From an uncultured Acidobacteriota bacterium (lineage in GTDB: Bacteria > Acidobacteriota > Polarisedimenticolia > Polarisedimenticolales > DASRJG01): DNA of 64,000 nucleotides. Every line of letters begins with the position of its first letter. Position 1 is the stretch's first letter. The translations under genes and the position numbers were made by a program. Positions 26,893 through 35,805 of this stretch are shown here, piece after piece. The stretch lies in contig CAYLHQ010000012.1 in NCBI GenBank assembly GCA_964383585.1, forward strand, positions 36,714 through 100,713. The letters run 5' to 3'. The notes beneath the pieces are model-generated. The model was given only the letters and a program-made list of their open reading frames with translations. It made no database searches and was not told the DNA's origin.

Positions 26893-29800
26893 TCACGGGA
26901 TCGTCGCCGTCCCCCCCGCCTCGATGACGACGGTCCCGCGCGGATTCCCGTCGAGCTCGACGGCGTAGACCCCCGGCGGCAGGTACCGGAGGAGCCACGC
27001 CGCTCCCAGCTCGGGGGTCTCGATCCGCTGGATCGCCCCGCCCGAGGTCCGGGAGAGGACGCCCCCCCAGTCGAGCCCCGCCGCGTCCCGGACCACCGGC
27101 GTCCCCTTCGACCCCTGGGGCCTCGCCAGGAGGAGTTGCCCGCAACGGACCGCGGTGACCGTGACTTCGAGGTCTCCGTCCTCCGGGACGACGAGCTCGG
27201 TCCTCCCGATCCCGAAGCCGTCGACCCGGAAGATCACCTCCGCCGGACCGGGTTCGAAGGGGCATTCCTGGACCCCCGAGACGAAGCCGTAGCTGTGGCG
27301 GTTTTGCCCTCCCCCCGCGACGCACTCGAGCGTCCCGGGAAGTCCGGGTGGGTCGCTCTTCAGGGTGACGCGCACGCGCGGGCCCGGAGTCGGCGTCAAC
27401 TCGACCGAGAACGCGTTCGATCCTTCCCCGATCTCGACCCGCCCCTCGTGCGTTTCGTAACGCTTCGCTCCGACCTGAATCGCGTGTGGACCTGGACGGG
27501 AGAGGAAGATCCGAGCGCGTCCCGAAGCGTCCGTGCTCCCGAACCCGCACCCTCCGTCGCTCACCGAAACGTCGATGTCGGGCTCGAACAGGTTCCCCCA
27601 CGAGCGGCGACTCATCGACGCCATGCACTTCGCCCCCTCGGGCGTCAAGAAGAGCGACGCGTTGGGAACGGGCCCTCCCGACTTCCTGTCCCGGACGAGG
27701 ACGTCGACGAGAACGGTCGAAACGGCGAGGTCGACTCGGACGAGCCCCTCCTGCGGGAGGTCGACCTGCTTGTCCGCCCGACCCTCCGGGCCGATCGCGG
27801 AGAACATGTAGGTCCCCGGTTTCTTGTTCTCGAGACGCCACCGACCGGCCGCATCGGTCTCGACGCCTCCGTCGGACGCCATTCCCCCGTCCCGAAGCTC
27901 GGAGACGGCCACGATGTAATTCGCGAGCCCCCGTCCGTCCTTCGAAACGGTGCCCTCGACCGCAGGCCCGTCCCGCAACTCGACGACCGTCGTACGCCCC
28001 GCAACGATCTCCACGCCCTTCTCGGCTCCCGGGGGAAGCGAGGCCGCCCCCTTTCCCGCCGCGAGGTCGGAGAAGAGAACGCTCGTCCGGCCGGCGACGG
28101 CGGCGGAGTGCCCGACCCCGCGACCGTCCCGAACCGACACCCAGCGGGTGGGAGGCAGGTCCACAGGGAACCTCGCCTCGACCGCACCCGCGGGTGCGAG
28201 CGTCAGGACGATCTCGGAATCTCCCCTGGCCAGGACATCGGGCTCGACGGCCGGCCCGAAACCCGGGGCGGTCGCGACGAGGGACTGCCGCGGCCCCGGC
28301 TCGGCGGCGACGGTGAACTTCCCATCCGCGCCCGTCATCCCGACGGCGATGGCGCGCTCGAGCGAGACGGAACCGGAGTCGCGGACCAGTCTCACGGTCG
28401 CCCCCGCCTTGGGCACCCCCGACGGATCGAGCACCGTTCCGCGGAGCCCGTGAGCGCGCTCGAGCGTCAGGACGATCCCGGAACGGGTTTCTCCGGCCTC
28501 GACCGTCACCGCGAGCGGCTCTCCTGTCTGGTACCCCTGTGCGCTCGCGATCAGGCCGAGCCTTCCCGCTTCGGCGTCGGAAATCCGGAATGTCCCCTCC
28601 GGCGTCGCGACCGTCCGTGAAGCGAGCGCCCCCGATCCGGCGAGAGCGAACACCTCGGCGCCGGGAACCGGTTCCCCGGACTCCCCCTCGACGAGGCCCT
28701 CGAGGATCACGCCCCGATCGAGCTCGATGCGCACCGAACCGACCGAGAGGTCGAGATCGTCCCGGGTCGCGGTGCGATACCCCTCGGCCGAGACCTCGAG
28801 GCGGAGCCGGCCGGTTTCCGGGAACCCGGCGAGTTCCGCGCGGCCCGAGGAGTCGGTGAATCCCTCGACGTTGAAGACGAGCCCCGCAGAGCCGCTGCCG
28901 AGCACGCGCGCCCCTTCGACCGGGGCTCCCGAGCGGTCGACGACGTCGACGACGACCGCGGCCCCCCGCTCCACGCGGAGCACGCCCAGGTCCTCCGTCG
29001 TTCCCGCCTCCGGGGCATCCCCGCGCAGGCGCAGGGGAAGCCCCGGCTTCGGGCGGACGTAGAGATCCCACTCCGAGGAAAGGAAGGGCCCCAGCCGAAG
29101 CGAACCGTCCCCCGAGCAGGGCGAGTTCAGGGTCGCCCCGGGAAGGAGCCTCGAAAGCCACGCCGATTCCCGGTCCCGTACCGTGAGCGCCCCGCGGCAA
29201 CCGACCGGCCGGTCGTCCTCGTCGACGAGGCGAGCGACGAGGCGCACCGGCCGTGCGGGACGGAGGACGACCGTCTCCTCGGGGGGCTTCGGAAACGAAC
29301 CCGCCGCGACGCCGAGCGGATCGTCCCACCCTCCCGCAGCGAGGAGGACCGGTCCTTCGGCGTCGGCGGGGAAGGAAAACGTCCCGTCGGCCGAGGTTTC
29401 GCCCTCGAGCGGTGCCGAAGGGCCGCACGTCCACGCGCCGATCGGATCGACACCGGACGGAACTCGTTGCGCGGGCGGAGGGTCCTCGGGGTACTTCCCC
29501 CAGATCCGCACGGCGATCGATTCGACCGGAAGCCCCTCGGCATCGACAACCTTCCCCTGGACCCTCCGCGGCGGACGCCATGCCGCCGACACCGCGTGCA
29601 ATCCGTGCCCGAGGGGGCCGAGGTCGGCCCGGCAGGTCCATCCGTCCTTCACGCGGACGAGGTCGATCCGGTAGCGTCCCGCCGGGACTGGCCCGAGCGA
29701 AACGCGAGGGAGCTCCTCGTTCTTCGTCGGGGGGGCGAGCGGCTCGCGCGCGGCGAGGGCGTTTCCTCCCGGCCCGTACAGCCGCGCCTCCATGCCGTCG

Positions 29801-30129
29801 GCCGAAGCGAGGCCGCGGACCGGCCCCTCGATCCGCGCCGCCGCCGTCACCCGGCAGTCGACCGAAGGTCCCGCGACCTCCGCCTCTCCCGGAAGGAAGC
29901 CGTCGGCCCAGCATCGGACCTTCCTGCACGCCGCGAGGACCGGAATGCGCCCGTCCGCCCCGACGGTCGCGCCGGGGCCCGCCGGGTCGGCGCACGAAAC
30001 GCCGGCGAGGGCGAGGGGCTTTTCCCCCGCGGGGTCGAGGACGCGCACCGCAATGCGGTCGGCCTGCTGCGCGGATACGGAGGGCGTCAGGAGGAAGACG
30101 AGCAGAAGGACGGAACGGTCGCGGCGCAT
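26893..30129 (-). CDS. large secreted protein built of carboxypeptidase-regulatory-like (CarboxypepD_reg/Ig-like) repeats
   Basis: 1078 aa with signal peptide MRRDRSVLLLVFLLTPSVSAQQ. It contains about ten repeats of the G-x-V-x-D-x-x-G-x-P-x-x-G-A-x-V type (for example GTVLDPSGVPKAGATVRLV). Confidence 0.75.
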   Translation of the reverse strand: MRRDRSVLLLVFLLTPSVSAQQADRIAVRVLDPAGEKPLALAGVSCADPAGPGATVGADGRIPVLAACRKVRCWADGFLPGEAEVAGPSVDCRVTAAARIEGPVRGLASADGMEARLYGPGGNALAAREPLAPPTKNEELPRVSLGPVPAGRYRIDLVRVKDGWTCRADLGPLGHGLHAVSAAWRPPRRVQGKVVDAEGLPVESIAVRIWGKYPEDPPPAQRVPSGVDPIGAWTCGPSAPLEGETSADGTFSFPADAEGPVLLAAGGWDDPLGVAAGSFPKPPEETVVLRPARPVRLVARLVDEDDRPVGCRGALTVRDRESAWLSRLLPGATLNSPCSGDGSLRLGPFLSSEWDLYVRPKPGLPLRLRGDAPEAGTTEDLGVLRVERGAAVVVDVVDRSGAPVEGARVLGSGSAGLVFNVEGFTDSSGRAELAGFPETGRLRLEVSAEGYRTATRDDLDLSVGSVRIELDRGVILEGLVEGESGEPVPGAEVFALAGSGALASRTVATPEGTFRISDAEAGRLGLIASAQGYQTGEPLAVTVEAGETRSGIVLTLERAHGLRGTVLDPSGVPKAGATVRLVRDSGSVSLERAIAVGMTGADGKFTVAAEPGPRQSLVATAPGFGPAVEPDVLARGDSEIVLTLAPAGAVEARFPVDLPPTRWVSVRDGRGVGHSAAVAGRTSVLFSDLAAGKGAASLPPGAEKGVEIVAGRTTVVELRDGPAVEGTVSKDGRGLANYIVAVSELRDGGMASDGGVETDAAGRWRLENKKPGTYMFSAIGPEGRADKQVDLPQEGLVRVDLAVSTVLVDVLVRDRKSGGPVPNASLFLTPEGAKCMASMSRRSWGNLFEPDIDVSVSDGGCGFGSTDASGRARIFLSRPGPHAIQVGAKRYETHEGRVEIGEGSNAFSVELTPTPGPRVRVTLKSDPPGLPGTLECVAGGGQNRHSYGFVSGVQECPFEPGPAEVIFRVDGFGIGRTELVVPEDGDLEVTVTAVRCGQLLLARPQGSKGTPVVRDAAGLDWGGVLSRTSGGAIQRIETPELGAAWLLRYLPPGVYAVELDGNPRGTVVIEAGGTATIP

Positions 30130-30234
30130 GGCCCCCTCCTCGCAACGAAGACTTGCGAGCAGTTTCCCCCGGGCGCGTGGACCTCGTCAAACGAAACGCG
30201 AGCGCCCCCCGTCTCCGATCGGAAACCCTCGTGC

Positions 30235-32889
30235 CTACGGAGCGGGGTGGAGCGCCTCCCACCACTCCGGCCGATCTCGGAGCCAACGGTCGAACCAGGC
30301 GACGATCGAGCGCGACCAGACGATTCGCTTCGCGTGGTCGAGGATGAGGTGGTCCTGCCCTTCGATTTCCAGGAACTCCGACGGCGCCCCCACGAGGCGG
30401 AGTGCGGCGAAGAACTGGTCGCTCTCTCCGACGGGGACGTTCGTGTCGGAGGCACCGTGCGTGAGGAGCACCGGCGTCTTCACCTTGTCGGCGTGATAGA
30501 GCGGGCTCCGGTCGACGTAGATGTCGCGCCGGTTCCAGGGGAACGAATCGGCCGTCGCCCCGGCGCTGTACGGGACTCCCCAGTACCCCTCGCCCCAGTA
30601 CGACGCGAGTTGGGAGATCCCCGCGTGCGCGACGGCCGCGGCGAAGCGCTCGCTCTTGGTCACGAGGGTCATCGTCATGAAGCCGCCGTACGACGCGCCG
30701 ATGCAGCCGACGCGCTTGCCGTCGACCGCGGGATGCGCCGCGAGGAACTTCTCGGTCCCCTCGAGGATCTCGGCCGCCGTGACCTCCCCCCAGTCGTTCA
30801 CGTGGACGGCGGAGGCTTCCTGGCCGTACCCAGTGGCGCCGGTCGGCTGGAGAACGTAGACGACGTATCCGTTCGCGGCCCACCACTCCTTCGGGTAACG
30901 GCCGCCGAAGTCGCGCTCGACGGGGGTCGTCCCCCCGTAGTAGTAGACGATCGCGGGGTAGGCGCCTCGCCGCGAGGCGTCGTAGCCCGGCGGGAAGTAG
31001 ACCCGTCCGTCGACTTCACGCCCCTTCGAGGTCGTGAAGCGGAAGGGTTCGACTCCTCCGGTGCGGACCGTGTCGAACCAGCTTCCCGAAGGCTTCGCGA
31101 GGAGCCGCGACTCTCCCGACGCGAGATCGACGAGACGGAGCGTCTCCGGCTGCCACGGCGAGGTTCCGGTCACGGCCGCCACGGAGGCGTTCTCTGCGAA
31201 GGCCCAGTCCTCGACAACGTCGACCCCCGCTTCGAGCATCTCGATCCGGCGAGTCTTCGGGTCGTAGCGGAAGAGCCGTTCGAAGTCGCGGTCGGCGGCG
31301 CGGAAGTAGACGTTCCCGTCCCGCCGGCTCCAGATCGCCCCCGTCACCGCAGGGTCGAATTCACGCGTGATCGCCTCGACCGCGTTCGCGGCCGGGTCCC
31401 ACAGATAGAGCTGGCCGTCGTACTCGTTCGGGGTGACCCCGTCGGGCACGTTCTTTCCGGCGTCTCCGAAGGTCGACGGGCTTCCCAGGACGAGGAGTCT
31501 CTCGCCGCCCGGTGACCAGGCGACGCCCGTGAGCCAGCCCGACTCGAGGAGCTTCTTCGCCTCTCCGGAGGCGAGGGTCAGCTCCCACAACTCCTGCACC
31601 GTGTAGGGGCGCTCCTTCAGGTTCTCCTTCTGACGCAGGAAGGCGATCTTCGCGCCGTCCGGAGAGAAGACCGGACCCCCGACCGAGAGCATTCCCGCCG
31701 TCAGCCGGCGCCGCCCTCCGTCCGAGACGCGCACGAGATGAAGGACTTGCCGGTCGCGCCACCCCTCCTGGCGGTCGGCGACGCCGCGATGGAGCTTCAC
31801 GCCGCGCTTGTCCTTCTCCTCCTTGATCGTCGCGGCGTAGACGATCGAGTTCCCCGCGGGGGACCAGACGTACCCGGCGAAGTTCTCGATCCGCTCGAGG
31901 AGCGGTCGCGTCTCCCCCGTTTCGAGATTCGAAAGCCACAGCGTCGAGAACGACTTCCCGTCCTTCGAGGCCTTGCGGTCCTGGGTCACGTAGGAGAGGG
32001 TCCGTCCCTGGGGCGACCAGCCGACGCCGGTCATCTCGAAGCCGCCGCGCCAACTCTGCAGGAGCCCCCCGTCTGCGGCGGCGCGCAGCTCGATCCACGT
32101 CTCGGAATCGTCGGTTCCCGGAAGGACCCGCGAAAGGGTCGTCGCGACCTGCGTCCCGTCGGGGGAGACCGCGAGCGAGGTGATCTGCGGGGGATCGAGG
32201 ATGTCGTGGATCGTGAGGTCGCGCTCGGGGGCAACGTCGCTCGAAAGACCGTCGAGACCGACCTTCGCGTCCTTCGCCTCGAGGACCGCGCCCACGTTCC
32301 ATTCCCCTTCCCGCGCGGGATCGAGGATCGTGCGGATCAAGAGGAGATGGGTTCCGGTGGGGATCTGGATCTTCCCCGAGACCTTCTCCGGCTCCTTCCC
32401 CTCCACCGCCTTCGCGGTCCCACCGGAGGCCACCGGCTCGCCGTCGAGCCACGCCCGCCTCGGATGACCCCCTTCGACCGTGAGGGTCATCTCGCGGAAC
32501 CGGTCGGTCCGGATCCGCACGGCGAGCCAGGCGACTTCGGGGACATTCCGCTTTTCGCCCGATGCGGACGCGATCGCGACACGTCCGTCGCTCCCCGCCT
32601 TCGCCGCCCTCCAACCCCCTTTTCCGTCGACCGGATCGAGCGCGCGCACGTCGAGGAGGACGTCGTCGAGCATCTCGTTCAGGCCGTACGCTCCCGGCTT
32701 CTCTTCCGCGAAGGCGGGGAGCGGGACCGGGTCGGGCCCGAGCACGAGCCACTCGGTCACGGAAATCGTCGGCTTGGCGGCGTTGTCTCCCATCGTCGCC
32801 CCCCCGGGCGTCTGCGCAGCCTCGACGGCCGGAGAGACCAGGATCAGAACCAGAGAAAGGCAAATGGAGCGGATCTTGGTGTTTGTCAT
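30235..32889 (-). CDS. S9-family serine peptidase (prolyl oligopeptidase/acylaminoacyl-peptidase type) with N-terminal extra domain and beta-propeller
   Basis: The start at MTNTKIRSICLSLVLILVSPAVEA was chosen for its signal peptide. WD/TolB-like propeller repeats are present. The C-terminal alpha/beta hydrolase domain carries GASYGGFMT (GxSxGG), with Asp/His downstream. Confidence 0.85.
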   Translation of the reverse strand: MTNTKIRSICLSLVLILVSPAVEAAQTPGGATMGDNAAKPTISVTEWLVLGPDPVPLPAFAEEKPGAYGLNEMLDDVLLDVRALDPVDGKGGWRAAKAGSDGRVAIASASGEKRNVPEVAWLAVRIRTDRFREMTLTVEGGHPRRAWLDGEPVASGGTAKAVEGKEPEKVSGKIQIPTGTHLLLIRTILDPAREGEWNVGAVLEAKDAKVGLDGLSSDVAPERDLTIHDILDPPQITSLAVSPDGTQVATTLSRVLPGTDDSETWIELRAAADGGLLQSWRGGFEMTGVGWSPQGRTLSYVTQDRKASKDGKSFSTLWLSNLETGETRPLLERIENFAGYVWSPAGNSIVYAATIKEEKDKRGVKLHRGVADRQEGWRDRQVLHLVRVSDGGRRRLTAGMLSVGGPVFSPDGAKIAFLRQKENLKERPYTVQELWELTLASGEAKKLLESGWLTGVAWSPGGERLLVLGSPSTFGDAGKNVPDGVTPNEYDGQLYLWDPAANAVEAITREFDPAVTGAIWSRRDGNVYFRAADRDFERLFRYDPKTRRIEMLEAGVDVVEDWAFAENASVAAVTGTSPWQPETLRLVDLASGESRLLAKPSGSWFDTVRTGGVEPFRFTTSKGREVDGRVYFPPGYDASRRGAYPAIVYYYGGTTPVERDFGGRYPKEWWAANGYVVYVLQPTGATGYGQEASAVHVNDWGEVTAAEILEGTEKFLAAHPAVDGKRVGCIGASYGGFMTMTLVTKSERFAAAVAHAGISQLASYWGEGYWGVPYSAGATADSFPWNRRDIYVDRSPLYHADKVKTPVLLTHGASDTNVPVGESDQFFAALRLVGAPSEFLEIEGQDHLILDHAKRIVWSRSIVAWFDRWLRDRPEWWEALHPAP

Positions 32890-32895
32890 GGGGCC

Positions 32896-33198
32896 ATGAA
32901 GATAGCACCGGGGGTTTCCGCGCGGAAACCGAGTTCGGGCAACCTGCGAGCGTCGAATTTTCGGAAGCACGACGTCACGTTCGAGGAGGCGATGAGTGCC
33001 TTCGGAGACCCACTGTCCGTCACCGTTGAAGACCCCGATCACGGGGACGGAGAGCCTCGTTTTCTCCTTCTGGGACTATCTTACGCAGGACGTCTGCTGG
33101 TGGTCTCTCATACGGAGCGCGGCGAATCGGTTCGCATCATCAACGCGCGGCAGGCCAGTCGCAGAGAGAGGACGATCTATGAAGAAGCGGAGGAATGA
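32896..33198 (+). CDS. BrnT-like (DUF497) ribonuclease toxin
   Basis: ...NFRKHDVTFEEAMSAFGDPLSVTVEDPDHGDGEPRFLLLGLSYAGRLLVVSHTERGESVRIINARQASRRERTIYEE follows the BrnT pattern (KHG-V-x-F-x-EA ... E-x-R ... RIISAR-x-A). The N-terminus is atypical. Confidence 0.7.
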   Translation: MKIAPGVSARKPSSGNLRASNFRKHDVTFEEAMSAFGDPLSVTVEDPDHGDGEPRFLLLGLSYAGRLLVVSHTERGESVRIINARQASRRERTIYEEAEE

Positions 33199-33424
33199 GG
33201 TTCGAGAACCAGACATGCGGGCCGAGTACGACTTCCGCGGCGGAGTCCGCGGGAAGTACGCAGCTCGCTTCGCCGCCGGGACCAACATCGTCGTGCTCGA
33301 CCCGGACGTCGCAGCCCGCTTCCCCGATTCACGAACCGTCAACGAAGCGCTGCGCGCGCTGGTCGCTGTCGCCGATCGCAGGGTGAGTCGGCGGTCGAAA
33401 CCACGCGCGAGTTCAAAGCGGTGA
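33179..33424 (+). CDS. putative antitoxin (BrnA-position protein, 81 aa)
   Basis: It overlaps the BrnT-like gene by 20 nt. The motif MRAEYDFRGGVRGKYAARF...VVLDPDVAARFPDSRTVNEALRAL is common in small antitoxin-like proteins paired with BrnT-type toxins (recalled from memory). Confidence 0.55.
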   Translation: MKKRRNEVREPDMRAEYDFRGGVRGKYAARFAAGTNIVVLDPDVAARFPDSRTVNEALRALVAVADRRVSRRSKPRASSKR

Positions 33425-33936
33425 TCCCACCGGCCCCCGCGATCGAGCGCCTCTCGCAACCCGTGAATGCCGACGACCTCCGTGCGCGCGCCGCACTCCT
33501 CCTCGACGCCGTCGCGTCCGGCGCGGCGGAGAGCTTTCTCGCCACGCTCACGCTCGAGCAGGCCGAAGACTGGTGGCGGAAGACACTTCGAGAAGCCCAC
33601 TCCTCCGCGATCGTCTTCGCCGCCCGCGATGCGGGCTCGATCGTCGGAACCGTGCAGATGCACCCCGCCTGGGCGCCGAACCAACCGCACCGCGCGGAGA
33701 TCGCGAAGCTCCTGGTACACCGGAGCCGGCGGGGCGAAGGCCTCGGGACCCGCCTCATGCACGCGATCGAGGGCGAAGCGGCGCGCGCCGGGTTCCGGCT
33801 TCTCACGCTCGACGCGAAGCGCGGCGCGGAGGCGGAGCGCCTCTACCGCAAACTCGGGTGGATCCACGCGGGGACGATCCCCGACTTCGCCCTCGATCCC
33901 GACGGGGTCACCCCGCACGACGCGGTGGTGTTCTAG
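33421..33936 (+). CDS. GNAT-family N-acetyltransferase
   Basis: GTG 33421 overlaps the upstream stop (GTGA). The acetyl-CoA-binding motif is LLVHRSRRGEGLGTRLMHAIEGEAARAGFRLLTLD. The product is 171 aa. Confidence 0.85.
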   Translation: MIPPAPAIERLSQPVNADDLRARAALLLDAVASGAAESFLATLTLEQAEDWWRKTLREAHSSAIVFAARDAGSIVGTVQMHPAWAPNQPHRAEIAKLLVHRSRRGEGLGTRLMHAIEGEAARAGFRLLTLDAKRGAEAERLYRKLGWIHAGTIPDFALDPDGVTPHDAVVF

Positions 33937-34003
33937 AAGCGACTCCCGTCCGCCCCTCTCGGCGGGTGAGGTGTACGATGTCGGCGCTTCCGGAGGAGTC
34001 CGA

Positions 34004-34393
34004 GTGAATCGATGGCCGGACTGGTGGGCGCAGGCCGAGCGGGATCTGGCACACGCTCGCCATGCCCTCGAGGACGCCGACCATGAGTGGGCGTGCTTCG
34101 CGGCGCAACAGGGGGCGGAGAAGGCCCTCAAGTCGCTCGTCCTCGCCCTCGGGGGCGAGCCCTGGGGTCATTCGGTCCTCGCGCTCGTGGAGGCCCTACC
34201 CGAGTCCGTCGGGCGGACCGAAGCGACGACGGACGCCGCGAGCCGACTCGACAAGCACTACATCCCGACCCGCTATCCGAACGGTTTCGACGCGGGCTTC
34301 CCCGGGAAGCTCTACACCCGCGGCGAGGCCGTCGCGGCGATCGAGGACGGGGAGCACATCCTTGCGTTCTGCAGGCGCCATCTACCTCGATAG
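34004..34393 (+). CDS. HEPN domain protein
   Basis: GTG 34004 follows GGAGGAG. The sequence WWAQAERDLAHARHALEDADHEWACFAAQQGAEKALKSL...LDKHYIPTRYPNGF is typical of HEPN proteins from HEPN/MNT pairs. Confidence 0.75.
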   Translation: MNRWPDWWAQAERDLAHARHALEDADHEWACFAAQQGAEKALKSLVLALGGEPWGHSVLALVEALPESVGRTEATTDAASRLDKHYIPTRYPNGFDAGFPGKLYTRGEAVAAIEDGEHILAFCRRHLPR

Positions 34394-34712
34394 GCCACGC
34401 CGGATCGAGGAACTGCGCGACGCGGCCCGCCGTCTCGCGACACGCCGCCCGGAAGTCCAGCGCGTGATCCTCTACGGCTCCCTCGCCCGCGGTACGGCGA
34501 CGCCCCGCTCCGACGCCGATCTTCTCGTGGTGGTCCGGGAGAGCGTCCATGGGAGCCTCCGCGACCGGATCCCGGAGATCTTGCTCGCCCTGTCTCCGCT
34601 TCCCTGTCCGGTCGATCTGCACGTTCTCACCGTCGCGGAATTCGACCAAGGCGTCGAGGAGCGAAACCCCCTCGTCCGGGAAGCGCGAGAGGGGGGAATC
34701 GCGCTGATCTAA
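34362..34712 (+). CDS. MNT-type nucleotidyltransferase domain protein
   Basis: ILYGSLARGTATPRSDADLLVVV is the GSxxRG...DxD minimal NTase motif. The only in-frame start I can find is TTG 34362 (GGGGAG lies upstream), which overlaps the HEPN gene by 32 nt. Confidence 0.7.
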   Translation: MRSAGAIYLDRPRRIEELRDAARRLATRRPEVQRVILYGSLARGTATPRSDADLLVVVRESVHGSLRDRIPEILLALSPLPCPVDLHVLTVAEFDQGVEERNPLVREAREGGIALI

Positions 34713-34746
34713 AAAAAACGGCACGCGGAAGAGACGTCGCGTGCCG
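34711..34746 (-). terminator. intrinsic terminator for the LysR-family gene (possibly bidirectional)
   Basis: CGGCACGCG (34719-34727) pairs with CGCGTGCCG (34737-34745). On the minus strand the hairpin is followed by T8 (the A8 run at 34711-18 on the plus strand). Confidence 0.65.
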
Positions 34747-34847
34747 TTCCCAATTGGGGAGGTCGCGACGTTTGTACACGGGTTTCTCCCCGCCCGTCCA
34801 ATGTCGCAAAACCATATCGCTGTATCGACCCCGCATCGCCGGTACGA

Positions 34848-35741
34848 CTAGAGTTTTTGGAGGAATCTCCTCGCCGGCTCGGGGAGGGGCGCGTCCGATC
34901 GCACCGCGCTCACGTAGGAGATCCTCGGAGCCTCCGCGAGCTCTCGACGTTCGACCCGCGGCCCCGGCGCACGCCGAGAAAAGGCGATCGCGGGAACCGC
35001 CGCGACCCCCGCCCCCGCGGCCACGAAGCGTCGCACGAGGGAGAGGTTTCCCACCTCGACCGCGGGATCGAAGCGAAGCCCTCGCTCCTCGAAGAGCCTT
35101 TCGAGACGCCGACGGAATCCCGACCCGGACTGGAGGGCCACGATCCGTTCCCGGGCCAGGTCTCCGATCGAAACCTTCCTGCGCCTCGGCGCCGCGCCGA
35201 CGGGGTAGAACAGCTCGATCCTCGTTTCGAGAAGGGGCGCGAACGAGAGCCCGTCGGTCCGCACGCCCGCCTCCGGAGCGACGAGGAGCGCGACGTCGAT
35301 CTCGCCTCCCCGGAGGGCGTCGAGGAGCCGCGGCCCCGGACCCTCCAGGAAGCGCATCGACAGCGCGGGGGTCTCCCGAAGGAGCCTCGCGAGAGTCTTC
35401 GGGAGAACCTCGCGACCGAGCGCGTCCCCCGCCCCCACGCGGAGCGCCGCCGGCCCCCCGAGGGGAAGCCCCGCCGCGGCGTCGAGCGCCTCGACCGCGG
35501 CGATCGCCGCTTCCGCGAGCGGGAGGAGCCGCGCCCCTTCCGGGGTGAGGGTCATGCCGCGGGCCCGCCGGACGAAGAGGCGAACCCCCCAGGCCGACTC
35601 GAGCTTCGCGAGGCGCGCGCTCACGCTGGGCTGGGTACGCGCCAGCGCTTCGGCCGCGCGGCCCACGCTCCCACGTCGCGCAACCGCCGCGAACGCGCGG
35701 AGCGCGGGGAGGTCGGAGGCAGGATCGGACATTGGATTCAT
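34848..35741 (-). CDS. LysR-family transcriptional regulator
   Basis: N-terminal wHTH (LRAFAAVARRGSVGRAAEALARTQPSVSARLAKLE) plus a LysR substrate-binding domain. It is divergent from purL across a 64-bp AT-rich spacer. Confidence 0.85.
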   Translation of the reverse strand: MNPMSDPASDLPALRAFAAVARRGSVGRAAEALARTQPSVSARLAKLESAWGVRLFVRRARGMTLTPEGARLLPLAEAAIAAVEALDAAAGLPLGGPAALRVGAGDALGREVLPKTLARLLRETPALSMRFLEGPGPRLLDALRGGEIDVALLVAPEAGVRTDGLSFAPLLETRIELFYPVGAAPRRRKVSIGDLARERIVALQSGSGFRRRLERLFEERGLRFDPAVEVGNLSLVRRFVAAGAGVAAVPAIAFSRRAPGPRVERRELAEAPRISYVSAVRSDAPLPEPARRFLQKL

Positions 35742-35805
35742 CGATCGATATGATACGACAAATTGATTGGATCGATGATGCGAACGGCGGTACGGTACGG
35801 GCACC

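Noticed and set aside
26660-30886. A 1408-aa minus-strand ORF, the longest in the track for this region.
   Set aside because: It is an alternative frame of the genuine 26893-30129 gene and runs across two gene boundaries. The translation is almost pure R/G/P/A low complexity, whereas the chosen frame gives a signal peptide and regular CarboxypepD_reg-like repeats.
31045-31056. A tRNA T-loop-like string, GGGTTCGACTCC.
   Set aside because: It lies inside (antisense to) the S9 peptidase coding sequence. The flanking bases do not form a T-stem, an acceptor stem or an anticodon arm.
35742-35805. A LysR T-N11-A operator in the AT-rich spacer (ATCGATATGATACGACAAATTGATTGGATCGAT).
   Set aside because: The repeated ATCGAT ends are suggestive. 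However, many T-N11-A matches arise by chance in AT-rich DNA, and there is no support beyond position.
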